From: a virus
Taxonomy: Duplodnaviria > Caudoviricetes
Virus record (IMG/VR): IMGVR_UViG_3300012352_000546
Span: 1 to 27,144 of that record
Direction: 5' to 3' (one strand)
Length of the DNA: 27,144 bases
Part shown: positions 7,532 to 16,123 of the stretch, one piece after another
How positions within the stretch are numbered: position 1 is the stretch's first letter
How the letters are laid out: every line of letters begins with the position of its first letter
The notes under the pieces: generated by a model
Told to the model about the DNA's origin: nothing
What the model saw: the letters and a program-made list of their open reading frames with translations, nothing else
Database searches by the model: none
Translations under genes and position numbers: made by a program

Positions 7532-7691
7532 TAAACTCCCACCACAAGATGAAGACATCCAAGTGGTTTACACTACGGATGCGAGAATAACTTTGGCAAG
7601 GTACTTCGATGACCTTTGGGTTGATGAGTACACGAATGCAATTATTGATGTGGCATATTGGATGCCTATCCCAGTAACACCGAACGAATGA
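7506..7691 (+). CDS. DUF551-like small protein
   Basis: W...LP...V.YWMPIP pattern. Confidence 0.65.
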   Translation: MRASWRGDDKLPPQDEDIQVVYTTDARITLARYFDDLWVDEYTNAIIDVAYWMPIPVTPNE

Positions 7692-7879
7692 CACCATACG
7701 AGAAAGCACGACAACTCAAAGAGAGTTTTAATGACGCATTGACCACAAGAGATTGTGCAATGGTTTGTGTTGATGAGATAATAAATCGTGTATGTTGGGG
7801 ATGTGACATTGATGGAGAAATTGAAGAGCATTCCAAAGAATACTATATGCAAGTCAAAAAGGAACTTGAACAACTATGA
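7688..7879 (+). CDS. Hypothetical protein (MTPYEKARQL...VDEII...YYMQVKKELEQL)
   Basis: ORF 7658..7879; ATG at 7688 overlaps the previous stop. Confidence 0.75.
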   Translation: MTPYEKARQLKESFNDALTTRDCAMVCVDEIINRVCWGCDIDGEIEEHSKEYYMQVKKELEQL

Positions 7880-8619
7880 GAGTTATTCAGTCGGGACATC
7901 TTGGTGATTTGATCTATTCACTCACCGCAACCAAGCGAGTTGGAGAGTTACACGGTGCGGTAGATTTCCACATCGGATTCCGTGAAAGGAACACCGTTGA
8001 TGGTCATCCAAGCGGAGGTTATTGTATGAACTTAAACTCATACGAATATATCAAACCATTACTTGAGCATCAATCCTACATTAGAAAGGTTGAGATGCAC
8101 ACGCACATTGATATGGGGTATGACTTTGATAAGTTCAGGCATCACGGATTGAATCTCGCTGCTGGTGATTTGAGACGGAATCACTTTCTTGTCTATCCTG
8201 AATTGATAACAGACCTTCACGAACCTTGCATTGAAGCGAGTGAACCGATTCCATACTTTGCGGATAAGATTCTTTTGAACTTCTCTGCTCGTTATCGCAA
8301 TCACGACATCAACTATTTCCCACTCAAGGAACACAAGTGCGTTTTCTTTGGGTATGAATCGGAATACATCGCATTCACGGAGAGATGGCAGTTGGATTGT
8401 GAACTCTTGAAATGTCAGGATGCTTTGATGTTGGCAACGATTGTCGGCAGTTGCAAGGCGTTCATTGGGAATCAGTCAAGCACCTACGCAATTGCAGAGC
8501 AAATGAAGGTAAAACGATTGCTTGAGGTATGCGTTCACTCACCAAATGTTATCCCTGTCAACAATGGCTTTGATTATGTAACGAATCAAGGCTTTAATTA
8601 CTTACTTAATACCCTATGA
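7876..8619 (+). CDS. Glycosyltransferase, GT9 (heptosyltransferase)-like
   Basis: N-terminal GHLGDLIYSL and C-terminal FIGNQSS..AIA, resembling the GT9 GD and GNDSG motifs. Confidence 0.65.
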   Translation: MRVIQSGHLGDLIYSLTATKRVGELHGAVDFHIGFRERNTVDGHPSGGYCMNLNSYEYIKPLLEHQSYIRKVEMHTHIDMGYDFDKFRHHGLNLAAGDLRRNHFLVYPELITDLHEPCIEASEPIPYFADKILLNFSARYRNHDINYFPLKEHKCVFFGYESEYIAFTERWQLDCELLKCQDALMLATIVGSCKAFIGNQSSTYAIAEQMKVKRLLEVCVHSPNVIPVNNGFDYVTNQGFNYLLNTL

Positions 8620-9602
8620 AACTTTTAATACTAACAGACGGAATCAATGGTGTGGTTTATCATCGCATTTACGCACCACACTTGAGAATGCAAATAAACG
8701 GAGAAGCGGTGGTTGATGTCTGCCAATCACAAGCCGAATGGATGACGGTTGACCTTGCACCCTACGATGTGATTGTTTTCTCACGATGGCTTGGAAAGAA
8801 TCAGTACGATGTCTTAAAACGAATCACGGATGCCGGGAAGCCTTATGTGATTGATGTGGATGATTATTGGGTGTTACCAAAATACAATCCAGCATACTGG
8901 GCATATCGCAAAGGGATCAAGAACTCAATCAAGGATGCCATCAACTATGCGGATGCGGTATTCTGCACAACTCAAAAACTCGCCAATGAAGTGAGGACAA
9001 TCAATGAGAATGTCTACATTGTGCCAAACTGTTTGGATACATCTCACAACCAATGGAAGCAACCAAAGGAGAAGAATGAGAGAGTGAAAATAGGATGGGT
9101 TGGTGGAATCACACACGAGGAGGATTTGAAGCTCATTGCCGATGACATCAATTCAATGGATGTGGATTTCTACATTTGCGGATACACACCGAGTGATCAT
9201 TGGAACAACATTGTCAAACTGATTCCCAAAGCCAACATCGTTCAAGGCACTTCGGTATTTGAATACGGTGAGGTCTACAAGCACTTTGATTTCGTACTTG
9301 CACCCCTTCAGGACAACCACTTCAACAACTGCAAATCGGAGTTGAAGATTGTGGAAGCCGCTGCCTATTCTTTGCCTATTATCTGTTCAGCGGTCTATCC
9401 GTACTTATACCATACCGGAAACGATGGTGTGATTTTCGCAACCCAAAACAACTGGAAGGCATCCATTGAGAAACTGATTGATGCTGGTCATTCGGTGAGA
9501 CAATCAATGGGCGAATCAAATCGCATCTATTGTGAGACATATCACAACCTTGAACTGCACAACCTGACACGATTAAGTGTTTACCAAAGTTTATGCAAAT
9601 AA
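8616..9602 (+). CDS. Glycosyltransferase, GT-B fold (GT4-like)
   Basis: IDVDDYW, VPNCLD, IGWVGG.TH..DL and LAPL..N.FN.CKSELKIVE motifs. Confidence 0.8.
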   Translation: MKLLILTDGINGVVYHRIYAPHLRMQINGEAVVDVCQSQAEWMTVDLAPYDVIVFSRWLGKNQYDVLKRITDAGKPYVIDVDDYWVLPKYNPAYWAYRKGIKNSIKDAINYADAVFCTTQKLANEVRTINENVYIVPNCLDTSHNQWKQPKEKNERVKIGWVGGITHEEDLKLIADDINSMDVDFYICGYTPSDHWNNIVKLIPKANIVQGTSVFEYGEVYKHFDFVLAPLQDNHFNNCKSELKIVEAAAYSLPIICSAVYPYLYHTGNDGVIFATQNNWKASIEKLIDAGHSVRQSMGESNRIYCETYHNLELHNLTRLSVYQSLCK

Positions 9603-10780
9603 CCTATCAAAGACCATATGTCACGAGTTACCAAAAAGACATCCTTGATTGTGATGCTCGTTTTACCATTACTGCTGCGAGTACAAAGACGGGTAAGACG
9701 GCATCTCACATCATATGGTTATTTGAACAAGCATTGAAGTGCAAGGACAATCAATCGGTTTGGTGGGTTGCTCCGGTATACCAACAAGCGGAGATTGCAT
9801 TCCGAAGGATGAAGTCACAAGTCACCGACAAAAACTTCTTCATCAGCAACGAAACCAAACTATTGTTGACGCTTCCAACGGGTGCAAGGATAGAATTCAA
9901 ATCAGGTGAGAAGCCTGACAACTTGTATGGGGATGATGTGTATGCTGCGGTGATTGATGAGGCATCAAGGATGCGTGAGGAGAGTTGGTATGCGATGCGT
10001 TCAACGCTAACTGCCACACAAGGCAAGTGCAAACTGATTGGGAATGTCAAAGGGAAGAAGAATTGGTTCTACAAGTTAGGGGAAAGGGCAAGAAGCGGTG
10101 AGAGTGATTACAGATATTTTAAGATAACGGCATATGATGCGGTGAAGGAAGGGATTCTCAAACTTGAGGAGGTGGAACAAGCCAAACGAGATCTACCACT
10201 TCATGTCTTCAACGAGTTGTATTTGGCAGAACCAGCGGATGATAAGACCAACCCATTCGGAATTGATGCAATCCACCGATGCATAGCACCATTAAGCAAC
10301 AAATCACCAGTAGCATTTGGGATTGACCTTGCAAAATATACGGATTGGACAGTGATAACGGGATTGGATAACGAGAATCGTGTGTGTTATACTGACAGAT
10401 TCCAAGCCGATTGGACACAAACCAAGAACAAAATCATTTCAGTTGTTGGAAAAACACCAGCCTATATAGACGCAACGGGTTTGGGTGATCCAATCGTGGA
10501 GGATTTGCAAAAGGTGTTGCCAAAGATATTTGGATTCAAGTACACAAGCCAAAGCAAACAACAACTGATTGAAAGTTTGGTGATGGAGATTCAAGGAAAC
10601 AACATAAGATTTCCCGAAAATCCCTATGGTGGTGAATTGGAAAACTTTGAATTTGAATACACTCGTAATGGGGTAAGGTATACCGCACCTTCAGGTCTTC
10701 ACGATGACGCAGTCAACTCCCTTGCACTTGCTAACGATTGCAAAAAACACAACAGACCGGGAACATTCTTTTTTGCGTAG
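9593..10780 (+). CDS. terL: Terminase large subunit
   Basis: Walker A variant ASTKTGKT, WWVAP, Walker B VIDEA, RNaseH-like GIDLA, IDATG and HDDAV. Confidence 0.92.
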   Translation: MQITYQRPYVTSYQKDILDCDARFTITAASTKTGKTASHIIWLFEQALKCKDNQSVWWVAPVYQQAEIAFRRMKSQVTDKNFFISNETKLLLTLPTGARIEFKSGEKPDNLYGDDVYAAVIDEASRMREESWYAMRSTLTATQGKCKLIGNVKGKKNWFYKLGERARSGESDYRYFKITAYDAVKEGILKLEEVEQAKRDLPLHVFNELYLAEPADDKTNPFGIDAIHRCIAPLSNKSPVAFGIDLAKYTDWTVITGLDNENRVCYTDRFQADWTQTKNKIISVVGKTPAYIDATGLGDPIVEDLQKVLPKIFGFKYTSQSKQQLIESLVMEIQGNNIRFPENPYGGELENFEFEYTRNGVRYTAPSGLHDDAVNSLALANDCKKHNRPGTFFFA

Positions 10781-10812
10781 TTTGTTTTATAGATTGGTAG
10801 CGTGTATATTTG
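10781..10812 (+). promoter_or_regulatory. Bacteroidota housekeeping-sigma promoter (TTTG-N20-TATATTTG)
   Basis: TTTG at 10781-10784 and TATATTTG at 10805-10812; ATG at 10817. Confidence 0.7.
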
Positions 10813-10816
10813 TTGT

Positions 10817-11302
10817 ATGATAAAAATAGAAAGTTTTAATGATTATTTTGTTGATGAAAATGGTGTTGTGTATTCGCATAAGTACAACAAATGGAAAGTG
10901 ATGAAACAACAGAATCACCGAAAAGGATACAAAGTAGTTACTTTAGTTAACAAGGATTTTAAGAAGACATTGAAAGTACATAGATTGGTTGCGATGGCAT
11001 ACTTGAAAAACCCATTGAATAAAGAGCAAGTAAATCACAAGGATGGCAACAAGACAAACAATCATTTGTCAAACTTGGAATGGGCAACCCAATCCGAAAA
11101 TCAAATACACGCACATCAATCCGGTTTAATGGACAACAAAATTCAAAAATTAAAACTTCTTTCATCAAAACCAGTTAAACACAAGGAGACCGAAAAAGTG
11201 TTTGATTCTTTAAAAATTGCTTGTGCTGAATATGGGTTACATTACAAATCCGAATTTGCACGAATGAAGTATTATAACAAAAGCATATTTTGTCAACTAT
11301 GA
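10817..11302 (+). CDS. Free-standing HNH homing endonuclease
   Basis: VHRLVA..VNHKDGNKTNNHLSNLEWAT..EN..HA; NUMOD1-like C-terminus. Confidence 0.9.
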   Translation: MIKIESFNDYFVDENGVVYSHKYNKWKVMKQQNHRKGYKVVTLVNKDFKKTLKVHRLVAMAYLKNPLNKEQVNHKDGNKTNNHLSNLEWATQSENQIHAHQSGLMDNKIQKLKLLSSKPVKHKETEKVFDSLKIACAEYGLHYKSEFARMKYYNKSIFCQL

Positions 11303-11859
11303 ACTGGAACAACATAACCATCCACCAACTGCAAGAGATTCACTCTTGTCGTGATATGTCCAACATTGAACGGACAATGAACATACTTGCCATCGTGAAC
11401 CATTGGTCAATGGACAAGGTAGAATCAATGCCGATTGATGACCTTACAAGAGAGTTCAAAAAGTTGGAGTTCTTGAATGAGCTTCCAAATAGACCTGTGC
11501 AATTTATGTTCAAGCACAAAGGCAGATATTTCCGATTAGCAAAAACACCGAACGAGATTTGCGGTCACCACTTCATTGAACTACAGCAAGTGTTCAACGG
11601 AGATACGATTGAAAGCCTTCACAAGATAATGGCTTTACTTGCATACGAGGTGGATTTCTTTGGCAAGTCAAAGACCATCAAAGATGCTCAAGCACACTAT
11701 CAGGACAAGTGCAATTTGTTTTTGTCAATGGAAGTCCCGTTGCCCTATTCTTACTCGCTTTTTTTTTCGGCAGTTTATCCGGAGTTATTGAAAACTATCC
11801 AATCCTATTTGATCAAGGAGATGGACAAGTTGAACAAGGAGATAACGCAAGTCCGATAG
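11299..11859 (+). CDS. Probable tail assembly chaperone (gpG-like, unshifted product)
   Basis: ORF 11290..11859 with ATG at 11299; contains a T9 slippery run at 11759-11767. Confidence 0.6.
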   Translation: MNWNNITIHQLQEIHSCRDMSNIERTMNILAIVNHWSMDKVESMPIDDLTREFKKLEFLNELPNRPVQFMFKHKGRYFRLAKTPNEICGHHFIELQQVFNGDTIESLHKIMALLAYEVDFFGKSKTIKDAQAHYQDKCNLFLSMEVPLPYSYSLFFSAVYPELLKTIQSYLIKEMDKLNKEITQVR

Positions 11860-12059
11860 GTTGGTTGGAGTTGGTAGACAGAATTGTCAAAGGAGACCGT
11901 ACAAAGTGGGATGCAATTCTCACAATGCCGTTGATTGAGTTCCTAAACACTATTGCATTCTATAAGCAGAAAACCAAGGAGAGACAGAAGCGAATTGAAC
12001 AGGCAGCAACAAAGGGATTCAATGCCTATGTTGTGGCTTGTCTGCACGAAATGTTGTAA
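11760..12059 (+). CDS. -1 frameshift extension of the tail assembly chaperone (gpGT-like)
   Basis: Protein-like -1 frame (ENYPILF...GWLELVDRIVKGD..KWD.IL.MP..EFLN) with no good start of its own. Confidence 0.6.
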   Translation, partial: FFFGSLSGVIENYPILFDQGDGQVEQGDNASPIGWLELVDRIVKGDRTKWDAILTMPLIEFLNTIAFYKQKTKERQKRIEQAATKGFNAYVVACLHEML

Positions 12060-12225
12060 CAAATCGTAGTGTACATATGTTACGGCAGTATTTCAAATTA
12101 TTGCCACTTTATAGGATTACTGGCAAATGTGAGAATGTCTCATATATCAGTCATTAGTATATGCTATTGAGTATAATGTGTTATATATCGGACAAATTAT
12201 ATGCTTTTGCGTACTATAAGGGACA
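12056..12225. repeat. Intergenic array of imperfect palindromes
   Basis: GTAACA-N16-TGTTAC, GGCAGTA-N8-TATTGCC, TTGCCA-N14-TGGCAA, and three 18-bp TG-N5-TATA-N5-CA sites. Confidence 0.6.
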
Positions 12226-12227
12226 TT

Positions 12228-12254
12228 TGGAACGCATTCCAACGAGTGCTATTT
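12228..12254 (+). promoter_or_regulatory. Putative late promoter (TGGAACG-N13-GCTATTT)
   Basis: Matches the motif shared by late genes; GTG start at 12261. Confidence 0.6.
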
Positions 12255-12260
12255 TTGTGT

Positions 12261-13394
12261 GTGGCATTATCTATCACTCAACAACCCAACAGTTATCACC
12301 CAGCATTCAATGACACGAACTTCGTGATCACTGAATCTTCAGGTGGTATCTACACAAAGGACAATTTCAAGTTCATTGCTGATGTCAAGGTCGCATCAAC
12401 TACCGTAGCAAAACTCAAAGCACCCATCTATTTTGGAAGTACGAACAAAGGTGTGTTTAACATTGGGCGAATTTTGGAATCTTATGTGACAAACAATTGG
12501 GAGTTCACTGATTCATCACCAAGCGGATGCGTAAACTCATTCACGGATTACGAGGTGGAATTTGGGTATGAGTATTCCCCATCGGCAACGGGAACAATTA
12601 CCGAATACCTTGACTTGACTTCAGCAACTGGAACGGTTTGGAACGCATCATTGAACCCATTCGATTTGGTGAGTTATGCTGAAGGGCAATATCTCGCCAC
12701 ATCCACATCCGCAAAGTTCTTGACCAATGTGAGAACACGAACCATCCACAGAACGCAAAAGGATTGGCTCTATTGTTTGAAGGGAGATGCTACAAGCGTT
12801 TTGATTACTTACTCCGATGCATCCACACAAACATTCTCTTTGCCATCTTCAAAGGTTGTGAGGATTCCCATTGGTAGCCAATTGACAATACCCGGTGCGG
12901 CAACCTATTTTGATGTGGTGTTGAAGGCTGGAGGTACTTCCAAATCCGAGACATACCGATTCAACATAAAGGATGAATGCAGTAAGTACGAAACAACTGA
13001 CATTTTCTTTATGAACCGTTTGGGAGGGTTTGAATCCTTCCGTTTTAATATGGTGCGAAGAGACAACTTTGAAGTCACACGGAAGCAATTCCAACAGAAC
13101 CCATACACACTTGGTGCAACTTATGGATATCAAACATCGGCAAGAACTCGCACCAATTATCACACAGAGACAAGCCAAAAAATCAAACTGTTCAGCAACT
13201 GGATAAACGATACGGAATCTGTTTGGCTGAAAGACCTAATTGAATCTCCGGTAGTGTATATGTATGACGGCACTTTGTATGCGGTCAACATTGATAATGC
13301 CAACTACGAGCAGAAGAAGACGGTACAAGATAGAATGTTCAATTTAGAACTTGACATCACTCTTTCATTCGCTGACAAATCGCAACGCATATGA
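12261..13394 (+). CDS. Virion structural (tail/distal tail-like) protein
   Basis: ORF 12201..13394 with likely GTG start at 12261 (MALSITQQP); FMNRLGGFESF and WLKDLIESPVVY motifs; beta-rich. Confidence 0.7.
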   Translation: MALSITQQPNSYHPAFNDTNFVITESSGGIYTKDNFKFIADVKVASTTVAKLKAPIYFGSTNKGVFNIGRILESYVTNNWEFTDSSPSGCVNSFTDYEVEFGYEYSPSATGTITEYLDLTSATGTVWNASLNPFDLVSYAEGQYLATSTSAKFLTNVRTRTIHRTQKDWLYCLKGDATSVLITYSDASTQTFSLPSSKVVRIPIGSQLTIPGAATYFDVVLKAGGTSKSETYRFNIKDECSKYETTDIFFMNRLGGFESFRFNMVRRDNFEVTRKQFQQNPYTLGATYGYQTSARTRTNYHTETSQKIKLFSNWINDTESVWLKDLIESPVVYMYDGTLYAVNIDNANYEQKKTVQDRMFNLELDITLSFADKSQRI

Positions 13395-16123
13395 TCAGGC
13401 TATTGGTCAACAACACCCCAGTTGATTTGTCTGCTGATTTTGATATCTCAATCAACAAGGCAATTGCCGACATCCGTGAACCACAATCACGATCTTCGGA
13501 ATGGACAAAGACAATCACGATCCCCGGCACGGCACAAAACAACAAACTATTCTCGCACATCTTCGAGGTTGAACACACGGTTCGCACATCAACACAATTT
13601 GCACCAGATTTCAACCCAAACAAGAAAGCATCAGCAGTCGTTCTGTTGGATGAGATAGAGCAGTTGAGGGGATTCATCCGCTTGATTCAAATCAATGTCA
13701 CAGATAGCACGGCAATCGTTTATGAATGTAGCATTCACGGACAAACTGCTGATCTATTCACAACCATTGCAGAACGCAAACTAAATGCGTTGGATTTCTC
13801 GGAGTACAATCACTCCTTGTCTTCAGGCAACATCTTCAATTCGTGGGACACAAGCATCATCAAGAACGGAAGCTCACAATCCTTTGCGTATGGTGATGGC
13901 TATGTCTACGCAATGATAGACAAAGGGCATACACGAAACATTGCATATTGGCAGTATAACGAACTCACCCCTTGTCTTTATGCAAAGACCATCATTGACA
14001 AAATCTTCACTGGTGCTGGGTATTCATACACCAACGATTCTTTCTTCAATACTGACCGATTCAAAAGATTGATCATCCCACCACCAAACGGATTGATTGC
14101 ATCATCTACGCAATTGACAAACCGATTGTTTTTGGCAAGTAGATTGACAACAAGTCAGGCATTGACTTTGGGAACTACCTTGATATTCAATAATGATACC
14201 AGCGGTGGGGCTTTTGATAATGGCGGTAACTACAATCCAACTACCGGTGCTTACACTGTCCCCGTTGGTGGTACTTATTCCTTCTTCTTGGGATTGGATA
14301 TCAACTTGACTCTTGATCCGTCATACCGTCCAGTTTTACAAGCAGAGATAGACATCAACATTGGGATGTATGTGAACGGAGTTTTGAGGTCAACAAAATA
14401 CATATCAGTTGATCCAATGGCAATGCCACCTTTGTTGGAATACGGGTTTACCAATGTCGCACTTTCCACCACAGATGTTGTGACTTTCAAGTTAGCACAA
14501 GTTTATGATTGGGCTGATAAGTACACATTGACCAATGCGGATTTCACAATGAATCTAAATGTGAATTCAACGGTTGAAAATGACATAACCGCATACACCT
14601 TCCAGTATGGGGAAACCGTGGATTTCGGAATCTTCTTCAACACCGAGGTCAAGCAAAGCGAATTGCTGATGTCGTTTGTCAAGATGTTCAACTTGTACAT
14701 TGAACCTGACAAAGATCAACCAAAGATTCTGCGTTGTGTTCCTCGTGATGAGTTCTACAATGGCAGTCAATTAGATTGGACAGATAAATTAGATTATTCA
14801 CAACCTGTGGAAATTGTTCCAATGGGCGAATTAGATGCAAATCCTTATGTGTTTAGTTACAAGCAAGGCAAGGATGACGGAAATGTCAACTATCAAGAGA
14901 ACTATCAAACCACCTACGGACAAAGAACCTATCAGGTGGACAATGATTTTGTCAAAAGTGAGAAGAAAATTGACATTGTTTTTGTACCTACGCAAATAAA
15001 GAACTACGACATCGGACAAAAGAACCTTGTTTTGTCATCTGTTGAAGGCAAGGATGACGGTGATTTGAGGGTTTTGTACTATGGTGGATTGGTGAGTGGT
15101 GTGAGTTGTCGATACATAATCTCGTTTATGGGTACAATTTCTATCCAAACATCGCAAGTCAAGACATCAATTCCCTTGACAATCCATTACGATTCACTTT
15201 CAAACCCGACAATTGACCTTTTGTTTGGTATGCCGAGAGAAGTTGGTATCGGTGCTGGGTATAATTACACCAATGCGAACCTTGTCAATACTTACTATTA
15301 CAGATTCATCCAAGAGATAACCAACAAGAACTCAAAAATTGTTCGGGCATACTTTAGATTAACTCCTTCCGATTGGTATAACATACAATTCAAGAATCTG
15401 TATTTCTTTGAAGGACAATACTGGAGATTGAACAAGGTTGAAAACTACAATCCAACCGATGAAGGAGTTTACTTGTGTGAATTCTTGTTGGCTCAATTCA
15501 TACCACCAGCGACAATCACCGTGAAAAGGATGGGTGCTGGAACTGCACAAGGAGCTCATACGGACATCTATGGTGATGTGTATCCCGGTGGTAAATTCCC
15601 AATCAAACCAGGTATCAGGGGTGTTGGAGTTGGAACAAGCGAAGGAAGTGGAATCTTTGTTGGTGAGAACTTTAGCGGAAACGGAATCAACAATAGTGGA
15701 TTTGGCTCAACCGATATTCACTATCCTGATGGGGTTGATGGTTCGGTGGTTATTGTTTCAAATGATTTCCAACCTACCAAATCCGACACACTCTATGTGG
15801 GAAATTACGAGATGTATCCAAACTTTTTGAGTGGTGGTGCAGTTAAAACCGTATCAGCAAACTATTCGGTAACGAAAGACGATTGGTTGATTTTAGCAAC
15901 TACAACTGCTGGAAATTTTACAATAACTCTACCTGATCCGACTGGATTAAGTGGAAAAAGTTGGGTGATAAAAAAGCCATTACCAAGTCATCAAGTAACT
16001 ATTGAAACGGCAACCGCTGCACAAATAGATGACAGCGATTCACACACCCAAACATCAGCACACTCATACGATGTCATCACTACTGATGGCGTTCAATTTT
16101 ACATAATAAGCGAAGGACACTAA
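13391..16123 (+). CDS. Large tail tip/hub protein
   Basis: 910 aa; IADIREP...WTKTITIPGT..NNK.F, KMFNLYI, DWTDKLD; C-terminal TITLP fibre-like module; adjacent to the tape measure. Confidence 0.75.
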   Translation: MIRLLVNNTPVDLSADFDISINKAIADIREPQSRSSEWTKTITIPGTAQNNKLFSHIFEVEHTVRTSTQFAPDFNPNKKASAVVLLDEIEQLRGFIRLIQINVTDSTAIVYECSIHGQTADLFTTIAERKLNALDFSEYNHSLSSGNIFNSWDTSIIKNGSSQSFAYGDGYVYAMIDKGHTRNIAYWQYNELTPCLYAKTIIDKIFTGAGYSYTNDSFFNTDRFKRLIIPPPNGLIASSTQLTNRLFLASRLTTSQALTLGTTLIFNNDTSGGAFDNGGNYNPTTGAYTVPVGGTYSFFLGLDINLTLDPSYRPVLQAEIDINIGMYVNGVLRSTKYISVDPMAMPPLLEYGFTNVALSTTDVVTFKLAQVYDWADKYTLTNADFTMNLNVNSTVENDITAYTFQYGETVDFGIFFNTEVKQSELLMSFVKMFNLYIEPDKDQPKILRCVPRDEFYNGSQLDWTDKLDYSQPVEIVPMGELDANPYVFSYKQGKDDGNVNYQENYQTTYGQRTYQVDNDFVKSEKKIDIVFVPTQIKNYDIGQKNLVLSSVEGKDDGDLRVLYYGGLVSGVSCRYIISFMGTISIQTSQVKTSIPLTIHYDSLSNPTIDLLFGMPREVGIGAGYNYTNANLVNTYYYRFIQEITNKNSKIVRAYFRLTPSDWYNIQFKNLYFFEGQYWRLNKVENYNPTDEGVYLCEFLLAQFIPPATITVKRMGAGTAQGAHTDIYGDVYPGGKFPIKPGIRGVGVGTSEGSGIFVGENFSGNGINNSGFGSTDIHYPDGVDGSVVIVSNDFQPTKSDTLYVGNYEMYPNFLSGGAVKTVSANYSVTKDDWLILATTTAGNFTITLPDPTGLSGKSWVIKKPLPSHQVTIETATAAQIDDSDSHTQTSAHSYDVITTDGVQFYIISEGH

